The notes below the pieces were generated by a model, which had not been told where the DNA came from, did not search any database, and was given only the letters and a program-made list of their open reading frames with translations. The translations under genes were made by a program, and so were the position numbers. From a virus, in IMG/VR virus record IMGVR_UViG_3300036985_002546, positions 7,812 through 71,811 of that record: a stretch of DNA of 64,000 bases; one strand, written 5' to 3'. Each line of letters opens with the position of its first letter. The stretch's first letter is position 1. Positions 48,850 to 57,486 of this stretch are shown here, in pieces.

Positions 48850-49159
48850 CGGAGAGTTCCTCATCTAACCACGATCCAAGTCCATCGTTTGGTTCTGTTG
48901 GTATAGAAGAGGATTGTATTCCTTTGGCTCTCATAAAGTCTAACAGTGACTGAAGTTGTTGTGGACAACCAAGTTCTTGTGCTTCCTGTACTAACTCTTC
49001 TAATTCCTTAACCGGCATTTCTTCTAAGTCAGTAGGATCATACACAGAATCACCAATCATAGGAGGATCTACAGAGTCATCTATAAGTCCATCAACTCCG
49101 TATTGAAGCTGAACGTGTTCTGGTGATAATGGCATGATTTGCCCGAATAATAGTCCCAT
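48830..49159 (-). CDS. Acidic hypothetical protein
   Basis: 109 aa ORF in operon. Confidence 0.55.
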   Translation of the reverse strand: MGLLFGQIMPLSPEHVQLQYGVDGLIDDSVDPPMIGDSVYDPTDLEEMPVKELEELVQEAQELGCPQQLQSLLDFMRAKGIQSSSIPTEPNDGLGSWLDEELSDGGSSY

Positions 49160-49171
49160 TTATATTCCTTT

Positions 49172-50734
49172 TTATTGTTGCATTAAACCTAAAAATTGGT
49201 TCATATTGTCTTGTTGTGGACGTTGCTTAATAACTGAGGGTTCAATTGCTGTCTGTTGTGATCCTGCGTTAGTAGGTGGTGCGTTAATTCCTATATTTTT
49301 TGGTGGAGTCGAGAAGGTCTCAAGCTGTTTTGTAGAAGAACCGGATGAAGGCATTTGGGGTGGCGACGTCATGGCTGCTTGAGGAGGAGCCGGTTTTTGT
49401 AACATTCCTGGAATAGGACCTTGACGATCTGCACCAGAAGGTAATCCTACTGGAGGTTTATTCTGAAATGGAGTCATTTGTGGTACTGGTTTAGGTGCTG
49501 CTAATGCAGGAGGAGCACCAGGACCTGTACCTGGAGGTGTTGAAGCTAGAGACGTACTAGTACTGTCTGGTTTACTAAAAATACCCATTGCTTGTGGTCC
49601 AATACCACCTACACCTTGTTGCATGTTTTGAGGAGAACCAAACCCTTGACGACCACCTTGTGGTTCGTTAGAACGCGGTACTTCACCACGTTGCGCTACT
49701 TGCTCTGAAACACGAGCCATAGGACTCATGACATCCTTTGCTAGCTCACGATGTATCTGTGCGTGTTGTGCATGCATAGGATCTTCCTGTGCGTGTTCAT
49801 CGTGTAGATTCGCAGCTGCTTCGTGATCATCTTTACCGAAATCTTTATGTTCCGGGTGGAATGGATCGTTGTGTACAGTCAAACCGTTTGGAGTGAATCC
49901 TAACGGAGGTTGTTGTGGCTGTTGCTGTTCTTGAGAAGCGGATGTGTTATTAGGGATTTCGCTCTCGCCTGGTTGTTTGTTAGGTGTAGACTGTTGTTGC
50001 TGTTGTAGCGGAACTTTTGGTACACCAAAGTTCTTAAGAATATCAATAGCTTGTCTAAAACTCTTGTTATATGTGGGGGCGCTAAAGTTTTGATTAGACC
50101 CGTGTGCGTGTGTTGGGTAGTGTTGTTTCCCTGTAGAAGTGATGGTATACTTTCCACCGCGTGGACCAATACCTTGTTTTGCTGCATTAAGTTGTTGTTC
50201 TTGTCCTGGAGTTGTTCCACCTAATGGCGTTATTGGTGGTGGTCCGGAAATCAAAGGAGATGCCGACGAAGCAGCATGGATAGCAGCTAATACTTCCGCA
50301 GAGTGTGGATCTATAACTTTACTTTGCTGAGACGTTGGAGCCTGTTGATCACTATGCCCATCACCTAATTGTCCTGCATCCATGAGCAGCGAATCATATA
50401 CTCTGCTATCAGACACAACATCACCAAATAGCGGTTGATCATTTGGATTTGATTCTTGTTGAATTAAATCCTGCATAGATGTGTCTGGGTTAGCTTGGTT
50501 AGGTTGTTTATTTTGTGCGTGATTTAGAAATAAATTTGGACCTGGATCTTTAGGAGCCTTTAGTTGAGAAGGTTGTCCTTGAAAAGATCCTGGTCTAGTT
50601 ATCGGAGGTGGTTGTGATGCTTGTCTGTATGGAGAACCTTGTGTTGGAGCAGGTTGATTTGGTAAAACTGGGATAGTGGATTGGGGTAATGCTTTATCTA
50701 CCCAGTTACATGGTTTTCGACTTCCGTGGTCCAT
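49172..50734 (-). CDS. Pro/Gln-rich intrinsically disordered putative head protein
   Basis: Low complexity; GPRGGKY motif; His-rich helix HEAAANLH...HAQHAQIH. Confidence 0.65.
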   Translation of the reverse strand: MDHGSRKPCNWVDKALPQSTIPVLPNQPAPTQGSPYRQASQPPPITRPGSFQGQPSQLKAPKDPGPNLFLNHAQNKQPNQANPDTSMQDLIQQESNPNDQPLFGDVVSDSRVYDSLLMDAGQLGDGHSDQQAPTSQQSKVIDPHSAEVLAAIHAASSASPLISGPPPITPLGGTTPGQEQQLNAAKQGIGPRGGKYTITSTGKQHYPTHAHGSNQNFSAPTYNKSFRQAIDILKNFGVPKVPLQQQQQSTPNKQPGESEIPNNTSASQEQQQPQQPPLGFTPNGLTVHNDPFHPEHKDFGKDDHEAAANLHDEHAQEDPMHAQHAQIHRELAKDVMSPMARVSEQVAQRGEVPRSNEPQGGRQGFGSPQNMQQGVGGIGPQAMGIFSKPDSTSTSLASTPPGTGPGAPPALAAPKPVPQMTPFQNKPPVGLPSGADRQGPIPGMLQKPAPPQAAMTSPPQMPSSGSSTKQLETFSTPPKNIGINAPPTNAGSQQTAIEPSVIKQRPQQDNMNQFLGLMQQ

Positions 50735-51462
50735 TAGCCTACTCCATTTAATGTGCTTGACCGTCCTTCAACAGACCCACCTAGACAAACATATGACGTC
50801 AAAATGTTGTTTGCAATTTGTTTTTTTCTGTCCAAGGAAACCTCCGTAGTTTCATATAATATACGTATTATAGTTAATGCTTGTGTACCCTCAATAGAAA
50901 AATTAAATATATTTTTTCTAGGACGAACAGTAGCTTCTGTATAAACAATACCTTTAATAAACATTCTAAATTGAGCTAACAAATCATGTGAACCATATAG
51001 CTTAAGAACAGGGTAACCCCTAGTATGCATAAATATAGTGCCGTTTCCATCAATAACACCACGCCAAAAGTCACTACTACACACTACAGAATCCGATGCT
51101 TTAGCAACCATACTTTTTCTAGGAACCACCCCGTATAGGGCTAGGTCATTCACTAATTTTGAACTCCTAACATGTATACTACACCTATTTCCTGTGCCTA
51201 ATGTAGTAACACGCCTATAATGCCTTATTTTATGTTTAGACCCTAAAAATGTCTTGAATTTAATTAGATGGTCTGTATCTATGTCACTAAGACATAGGGA
51301 TATTGTTGGTGCCCCTACTGAGTAATTAACGCACCCATCTGCCATTAAAAAACCAATCCAGTAACAAGATTCAGGTGTTAATGAACTAAATGCATCGTCC
51401 TTTAACGGAAAACGACTACGCCAAGCAGATGTGTTACAGCCTTGTGGCTGACCTGTCAACAA
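50734..51462 (-). CDS. Free-standing two-motif LAGLIDADG homing endonuclease
   Basis: YWIGFLMADG and FWRGVIDGNG motifs, GVVPRKS, SLDRK; AGGAGG before the TTG TTG start. Confidence 0.92.
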   Translation of the reverse strand: MLTGQPQGCNTSAWRSRFPLKDDAFSSLTPESCYWIGFLMADGCVNYSVGAPTISLCLSDIDTDHLIKFKTFLGSKHKIRHYRRVTTLGTGNRCSIHVRSSKLVNDLALYGVVPRKSMVAKASDSVVCSSDFWRGVIDGNGTIFMHTRGYPVLKLYGSHDLLAQFRMFIKGIVYTEATVRPRKNIFNFSIEGTQALTIIRILYETTEVSLDRKKQIANNILTSYVCLGGSVEGRSSTLNGVG

Positions 51463-51907
51463 TTGAGCCTCCTAATCCGGCGTTATAATTTAATTCTTCC
51501 TTCATTTGAGCTTCTACAATTGCACGTACTTTATTTTTTTCAGTATCTGAGAACTGCGTTAAAATGTTGGCTTGCATTGGTTCCATGATTTTAAATTTAT
51601 CAGGAAACACTACAGATATTAGTGCCATTTCTGTAGGTAATAGAGAGTTAGGATACTGCATTTTATGTATAGCGTCAATAATTATGTTCTTCGCCCACTG
51701 GTAGTCTAGTGTACCATCTGGGTATCTACGAATCACTGACATTGCGTGTGTAGTAGGTCTGTCGTCAGACCACAGTGTTTTGTATTGTGGCGTGAAAACT
51801 TGATGTGGCGCAAATGACTCATACGAAGGATTTATTTGAGCACCAGTAGCTTTGACTAAATTTGGTTGCTGAAGATGAAGAGGTATTCTAGAACCGTGAT
51901 CACTCAT
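51434..51907 (-). CDS. Hypothetical protein; target gene of the homing endonuclease insertion
   Basis: C-terminus LGGSIVDRSAT is echoed as LGGSVEGRSST at the end of the endonuclease ORF. Confidence 0.7.
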   Translation of the reverse strand: MSDHGSRIPLHLQQPNLVKATGAQINPSYESFAPHQVFTPQYKTLWSDDRPTTHAMSVIRRYPDGTLDYQWAKNIIIDAIHKMQYPNSLLPTEMALISVVFPDKFKIMEPMQANILTQFSDTEKNKVRAIVEAQMKEELNYNAGLGGSIVDRSATRL

Positions 51908-51910
51908 AAT

Positions 51911-52153
51911 TTATTTATCCTTTGCAATTTTGCTTTCAGGCATTTGATCTAATAAAGCTGTAACTGCGTCGTCCAACTCTTTTGATCCGGGTTTAATACC
52001 CTTATGACTTCCACCAGAAATATATTGCCCAACAGAGGGATCTCTATTAGGATTAGCTTTTAAAAACAATTCTGGATCCTCCTCCACAATACTTTTAAGT
52101 ACAAGGTCAGGAGATTCCGGAATATCTAAATAAAGTTGTGGAGTAGAACCCAT
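51911..52153 (-). CDS. Small putative head protein
   Basis: LVLKS and LFLKA followed by NPNRDP..GQY.SGG. Confidence 0.6.
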   Translation of the reverse strand: MGSTPQLYLDIPESPDLVLKSIVEEDPELFLKANPNRDPSVGQYISGGSHKGIKPGSKELDDAVTALLDQMPESKIAKDK

Positions 52154-52162
52154 TTTAATTCC

Positions 52163-53830
52163 TTACTTCAAGTTAGTTTTCATACCACCAAACGGATCGA
52201 ATGGACTTCTCATAAACTCTTGACTGCTTCTACAAATTGGGCACACTGAGTTACTTTTGTGCAGTAATCCGTGTACAACACAAGATTTATATGTATTGTG
52301 TGTTCTAATCTGTTCATCTTCAACTACATTGTTCAGTGTATCACGAATTGGGTCGGCAAGAGAGGTATACATGCGATTTGTTTGAGTAGTAGCTGATCTA
52401 AGTATAGCATTCGGATCATATGAATCAGACCGCAGATAAAAGGGTGTAGAAGATAATGGAACACTGTACCAAGACTTTTTGGTTGTAGGTGGTGTAGCTG
52501 TGTTGTTCTCAGGAAATGGTAGTGGTGCTTGAGGTGCTATTGGAGGTTTTTTGTATCCAAATTGCCCACCTTTACCTCTGTTAGGATTACCTGTACCTGG
52601 TCCTCCTGGACTACCTCTACCTCGTTTTTGTGCCGACATTGGAGTAGGTGTAGCCTTTGGTGCAGCAATAGGTGTAGGTGTAGGTCTTGGAGCGGGTGTA
52701 GGAGCAGGTGCGGAAGGTCTTGGAATTACAGCAGGTTTTGGTGCTGCTTGTGGTGCTTGAGGTAGCGCAGGTCTCGGAATCTTTACCGTTTGTGGAGAAT
52801 TTGCAAACTCATTTACGGTCTTAGGTGCCGTCTTAAAGTCATTTGTGGTCCTAGGTGCCGTCTTAAAGTCATTGGTGGTCTTAGGTGCGTTCGCAAAAGC
52901 ATTAGAGGTAGCAGGAGCAGGTGCTGCTATAGGTTTACTTGGTGGTACAAGAGCCGGACCTATGTTACTACTATGAACTTGAGGTAATGCAGGACCAATA
53001 TTTCCTCCAAAGTTTTCCGACTGAGAAGACATATCTACAGGTTTATTAGTTGGAGCTAATTTTAAATTAGCAGGCATTTTTGGTGCAGGTGGAGTTGCAG
53101 GACCTTGTGGCACTAATGGAGCTAATTTAGTTGTCGGTGGTGCACTAATAGGTGAAGCTGCTTGTGTAGATTGTTTATTCCACCCAGCTCCTGGTCCTAC
53201 CGACGGAGGCGGTGGTTGTGCTGGTGCGGCAGCAGCAACCTGATCCATAAAATGTGGACCAACTGTTGGAGGAGTACTAGGTACAGACGGTTCCGATCGG
53301 GGTGGTAGAGGTATGGACTGCGGATTATACTGAACCCCTGGAACGTGTACACCCTCTTGTGGATTTAATGCTTGTTCTGCATCCTGAACCTGCTGTTCTT
53401 TGAACGATCCTCCTCTACCCATCATACGTCCTACAGTACGTGGTGCTTGAGCAGCAGCACTAATTACTGTATTGGGTGCCTGTAGTTGAGAAGAACCGGC
53501 TTCAGAACCCATACCGTAACCAATATTGTAACCAATTCCAAGTGGATTGAAAGCGTACTGTGAGTTAGGACCTACACCTCCTACAGCCTTTTTAATTTTA
53601 CTGCAAGAACAATTAAGACCTTTCCCACAACTACACTCAATACCTTCTCCTTTATTAATCAATAATTCCAGTAGTTTCAAATCTGAAGAATTGCTTGATT
53701 TTTTAGTTTTTGCTTCGCGTTGTACATCTAGCGCAATCGCAACCGCTTGTTCCTGTGGTTTACCTGCACCTAACTCCCGTTTAATATTAGTTCCCACGGC
53801 AGAATCTTTTTTGCTGTGTATTAATGGCAT
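52163..53830 (-). CDS. Pro/Ala-rich disordered putative head protein
   Basis: N-terminal MPL....K..AV..NI..E...GKPQ.QAVAIAL module familiar from small phage proteins; C-terminal C..H...H....C..C. Confidence 0.65.
   Translation of the reverse strand: MPLIHSKKDSAVGTNIKRELGAGKPQEQAVAIALDVQREAKTKKSSNSSDLKLLELLINKGEGIECSCGKGLNCSCSKIKKAVGGVGPNSQYAFNPLGIGYNIGYGMGSEAGSSQLQAPNTVISAAAQAPRTVGRMMGRGGSFKEQQVQDAEQALNPQEGVHVPGVQYNPQSIPLPPRSEPSVPSTPPTVGPHFMDQVAAAAPAQPPPPSVGPGAGWNKQSTQAASPISAPPTTKLAPLVPQGPATPPAPKMPANLKLAPTNKPVDMSSQSENFGGNIGPALPQVHSSNIGPALVPPSKPIAAPAPATSNAFANAPKTTNDFKTAPRTTNDFKTAPKTVNEFANSPQTVKIPRPALPQAPQAAPKPAVIPRPSAPAPTPAPRPTPTPIAAPKATPTPMSAQKRGRGSPGGPGTGNPNRGKGGQFGYKKPPIAPQAPLPFPENNTATPPTTKKSWYSVPLSSTPFYLRSDSYDPNAILRSATTQTNRMYTSLADPIRDTLNNVVEDEQIRTHNTYKSCVVHGLLHKSNSVCPICRSSQEFMRSPFDPFGGMKTNLK
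52787..52903 (-). repeat. In-frame 30-nt tandem repeat (about 4 units, N.F..AP.T.)
   Basis: NAFANAPKTT NDFKTAPRTT NDFKTAPKTV NEFANSPQTV; boundaries approximate. Confidence 0.8.
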
Positions 53831-53840
53831 ATTGTAACCT

Positions 53841-55961
53841 TTACTGTTTATTCAGACCAGCATGGTCTGCATACTGAGTGTTTGGATCTGCACTATCCTG
53901 TTCACTAGCATCCGGTTGTGGCTGCTGTTGTGCAGATTGTTGAAGAGCTTGTTGGTATACAGGATTAAGCACAGTATCACCACCTGGTAGAGGCGGTAAT
54001 CCGATAGACACGCGACCTTCATTCAGAGTCTTGTAAGATGAAATTTGCTCTACTAACATTTGATGTTTTTCAGTTTCCGATAATTCATCTAGACCTACAA
54101 ACTCAAATGCAAAATGGTCGTCAATCTTGTCTATTATATTTCTATTAAGTAGTTTTGCCATAAAACGAAGTAATGGCTTTAAACCACGATCTCTAGAGGC
54201 TTTAATTTTCCATTCTTGTGAAGATTCGAACAGCGGAGTTTGTTGTTGTCCTCCGTGCATATCAAAGTTCAATTCAGCAGGATCAATTTGATACACTGCG
54301 GTAGATAATTTTATTAAATAATCTAGCCATTTACCAAATTCCATTTCTGAATTTGATTTAGCTAAATCCACCCACTCTAAACCTTCTGTTTGTAGTATTG
54401 GTGTGGTCCAACTACTTTCCACACCTGACGCTTGAGCAGCCCATTGTCTTCTAAAACCTTCTAGTTGTTCTTGTGTAAAATTATCACCTTTTAAGTTTAA
54501 AATTCCTTTAGCTTGTGTGCCGTGGGAAAAAAACCGACGATTATATAATTCTGTGAACAAATGTGCCGTAACTACTGTTATTAATTGCTCTAATTCGCCA
54601 TATCCGTAACCTTGAATATAAATATCACTCCGTGGATTACGTACACCAAATGCTAATTCATCAGAACTGTATACGTTTTCTATTTGTCCGTTTATTATTT
54701 GTACATAAGAAATAGGAGCTTTTCCACCTGATGAAGGTACTCCATATTCTCTTCCTTGGTACAGGTTAGCGAACCTAGCTGGCATGGACGGTACAAAGCC
54801 AGATCTATCGTGGTAGCTCGCGTTTACACCTACATATCGATCATCTGCTGCAATTCTTATAGTTGATGCATCAACAGTCAAAAATTCAAACGGAATATTT
54901 AATCGATCAGGAACAATTTCGAAACAACAGTTGTGGCTTACAAATCCGTTAGCTATATAACTGTGGTCTTCTTCCACCTCTAAGTTGAACACAGGTAGGT
55001 TTTCTACCCACTCCTTAGATACCTTTCCTATTTTGATATAGAAATATTCATCTTGACTGTCAGTAACAGAATACTTAGGCTTCGGATAGCAGAGATAGTG
55101 GTCTTCCGTTAGATTCTCTGCATCCACCCACTCTGGTTTTATATTCTTTTCTCTATATGGGGTCAGTCTAAACCACTTTTCAGTTATTGCTAAGAACGGA
55201 TGTTCTGCTGTTGCACTAATAGACTGCGAACCAGATTTTAATGTAATAAGGTCCCCAGTGTAGTTGCTGTGTTTCTTAGCCACAACAGTACGAAGATTAC
55301 CTGTGTGTGTTCGCACTACATCACCAATCTCTACACTCTCAATAGGTGTAGGCGCCCCATTAACACCCTCAACCATAGTACCCGCAGGCAAACATTGGTC
55401 AAAAAGTAGGCTGTCACGCGTCATTTTTCGTAGAAAAGTCTCAAAGTCATCGCGTTGTACATTACTGTACGGATTTCTCTCTGCTTTGCCACAACGCATA
55501 ATGAAGTCTTCTAACTCTTTAATAAAGGCAACTTCAGCCGGTGTTGTAGTGTGATCAGGATCTTTATGCTTAACCACAAATCCTAGTGATTTAGTCCATC
55601 TATATGGTTGAGCAAAAGTAGCAACTTGTGAACAACGTGTGTTAATAATTGCAGATATAATTGATAATTGACCTGCAATTCTCTTTAAAACATCATAAGT
55701 TAGGCTAAATCTACGATCTTTATACCCAAGACTATACTGCAACGCAAGAGGATCATGCATCCATGATTTTTGCGATCTATCTGCATCTGAGTTAGGTAAC
55801 TGTTTCCATGATTTTTCTAGTTCTTTACGTACTAACGCAGGAATGTGTGCAGTAGCTGATTGGGCAGCTACAACACTTTTTACTACATCTTCCATATCAA
55901 AAGAAGATGTATTTTTTGCAGTCCTACGATTTTTAGTCGTGTTTCTCTGGTTAGTTGCCAT
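53841..55961 (-). CDS. Portal protein (intein-containing)
   Basis: AIINTR..QV..F, RNPRSD....GYG..ELE, FF.HG...KGIL, MEF.KW..YL......YQIDP.E.NF, S.DRGL.PLL.F. Confidence 0.93.
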   Translation of the reverse strand: MATNQRNTTKNRRTAKNTSSFDMEDVVKSVVAAQSATAHIPALVRKELEKSWKQLPNSDADRSQKSWMHDPLALQYSLGYKDRRFSLTYDVLKRIAGQLSIISAIINTRCSQVATFAQPYRWTKSLGFVVKHKDPDHTTTPAEVAFIKELEDFIMRCGKAERNPYSNVQRDDFETFLRKMTRDSLLFDQCLPAGTMVEGVNGAPTPIESVEIGDVVRTHTGNLRTVVAKKHSNYTGDLITLKSGSQSISATAEHPFLAITEKWFRLTPYREKNIKPEWVDAENLTEDHYLCYPKPKYSVTDSQDEYFYIKIGKVSKEWVENLPVFNLEVEEDHSYIANGFVSHNCCFEIVPDRLNIPFEFLTVDASTIRIAADDRYVGVNASYHDRSGFVPSMPARFANLYQGREYGVPSSGGKAPISYVQIINGQIENVYSSDELAFGVRNPRSDIYIQGYGYGELEQLITVVTAHLFTELYNRRFFSHGTQAKGILNLKGDNFTQEQLEGFRRQWAAQASGVESSWTTPILQTEGLEWVDLAKSNSEMEFGKWLDYLIKLSTAVYQIDPAELNFDMHGGQQQTPLFESSQEWKIKASRDRGLKPLLRFMAKLLNRNIIDKIDDHFAFEFVGLDELSETEKHQMLVEQISSYKTLNEGRVSIGLPPLPGGDTVLNPVYQQALQQSAQQQPQPDASEQDSADPNTQYADHAGLNKQ
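54930..55394 (-). mobile_element. Mini-intein (155 aa) in the portal protein
   Basis: Q|CLPAGT block A, TAEHPF block B, VFNLEV..DHSYIANG block F, SHN|C splice junction; no endonuclease domain. Confidence 0.93.
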
Positions 55962-56165
55962 TTAACTTACCCAGCTTTCTTCTACAAGAGGCATAACACT
56001 CTGCCCGGTAGTTTCTGTCTCTACCTTATTTCTGTTTAGCGTTACATTTCTGCTACTCTTACGAGAGTTAAACAGAGAAATATTAGTATTTAGGTTACGT
56101 TGCATAGGTTGCCTACTGGCTGAATAATCCTTTGCAATACTACCTAACACTATTGTATTAGCCAT
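55962..56165 (-). CDS. Small hypothetical protein (start MANTI)
   Basis: ATG overlaps the upstream stop; its own stop abuts the portal ATG. Confidence 0.5.
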   Translation of the reverse strand: MANTIVLGSIAKDYSASRQPMQRNLNTNISLFNSRKSSRNVTLNRNKVETETTGQSVMPLVEESWVS

Positions 56166-57018
56166 TATTATTTTTTCCAATCCAATTATACAAAGAATCT
56201 AATTTACTGTGCAATCTTTGTGATTTCCACTGCACAAATCCTAATTTATGTCGTGGTGGAAGAGACATACACTTGCGTATGTCACTATGTGACATCCCTA
56301 AAACTTCTTCCATATACTGTTTTTCTAAAGGTTCTAAATGCGTGACATACTTAGATTTTTTAATTTCATTGGTCCAAGCTTTAACCAGATCAACTGTAGA
56401 CCAATATGGTGGAGTTTCTGGTGTATTGGGTGGTGTTAAACTCTTTGTAGCATCTCCGTGCCAATTTTGTGTATTTTGACCGTCATCAGGAGAAGCTGCT
56501 GCGGTAGAACCAGGATGTACCATCGTAGCTGTGTTATTCTGACTATCTACCCACTCTTGTTCTGGAATGGATGGTAGTGCTGGAAGACCGGGTTGTACTG
56601 CCTTGTCTTCTTTATCTTCTGTCGATTCTTCTATAGATTCACCTGAATCTATTGGATCTTCTATCTTTTTTAAGTCACAACCACTTTTACACACAGTATA
56701 AAATCTAGTAGCTTCAGCTATACGCTCTGCATCAGCAGCTTTTATTAGTTTAAAATTAGTATTAGGAGTCCATTGAAAATAATGCAAAGAACCATCTGTA
56801 GACTTTATAATACCTCGATATACTTCGTAATCACGGTGTTTCATTACCGTGTAACGTAGTGATTCCGGTACCACCTTCAGTTGTATAGATTTCTCTACAA
56901 ACTCTTCATCTTTGTCTAAAGATAAAAGATTTTGAGACCGATACACGTCTAAAAAAGACCCAGGTTCGTCTGTTGTGTGTTGTGCCGCAGATAAAGGATC
57001 TGACTCGTCTGTAATCAT
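56158..57018 (-). CDS. Hypothetical protein rich in K-S/K-A sites (start MITDE)
   Basis: ATGA coupling at 57018..57015; VEKS, IIKS, LIKA, VCKS, LVKA, IKKS. Confidence 0.65.
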   Translation of the reverse strand: MITDESDPLSAAQHTTDEPGSFLDVYRSQNLLSLDKDEEFVEKSIQLKVVPESLRYTVMKHRDYEVYRGIIKSTDGSLHYFQWTPNTNFKLIKAADAERIAEATRFYTVCKSGCDLKKIEDPIDSGESIEESTEDKEDKAVQPGLPALPSIPEQEWVDSQNNTATMVHPGSTAAASPDDGQNTQNWHGDATKSLTPPNTPETPPYWSTVDLVKAWTNEIKKSKYVTHLEPLEKQYMEEVLGMSHSDIRKCMSLPPRHKLGFVQWKSQRLHSKLDSLYNWIGKNNNG

Positions 57019-57479
57019 AAGTTCCCACCATATTTTAACTGCCACTCACGAAGTCTATCTAAATACTTTGCTTGCTCTCCCTGCATATGACTACTAACGT
57101 CACTAAATTTGTTTTGATTTTCAGAAGCAAAGTCTACTGGATGTTCTTCTGTAGCAGGCTTGTCAAATAAAAACGAAGTAAAGGATTCCGGAAGTTGTGT
57201 CGTACTGGCTGGTTCTGTGTTAAACGATACACTTTTCATGTTAAAACAAACTGTCCCTAACCTATGATTTCTCCCACAACTAGGACAAACAGTACTCCCT
57301 GGAGACCGTTTAGCAGCTCCAATCAGTGGATTACCTTGTCCCATCATCTTGTTAGCTTGTTTTTCCGCCGTAGACTGGTGTGGCAAAAAGAAATCCGAAT
57401 CTTTAGTCACACCAGTTTCAGACCTAACTAGGTCTGCATAATTTATCATATTCGATTTGATAAATATCGGCGATTTCAT
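57015..57479 (-). CDS. Hypothetical protein with CPSCG..H....C metal-binding motif
   Basis: 154 aa; IFIKS near the N-terminus. Confidence 0.6.
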   Translation of the reverse strand: MKSPIFIKSNMINYADLVRSETGVTKDSDFFLPHQSTAEKQANKMMGQGNPLIGAAKRSPGSTVCPSCGRNHRLGTVCFNMKSVSFNTEPASTTQLPESFTSFLFDKPATEEHPVDFASENQNKFSDVSSHMQGEQAKYLDRLREWQLKYGGNL

Positions 57480-57486
57480 GTATTAT

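Noticed and set aside
21768-50220. Short minus-strand alternative-frame ORFs (21768..21974, 24317..24517, 33089..33277, 47243..47488, 49900..50220)
   Set aside because: Nested in well-supported genes, with no RBS or protein-like features
50734-51462. Group I intron around the LAGLIDADG gene
   Set aside because: The ORF overlaps both neighbours, leaving no non-coding room for a ribozyme core
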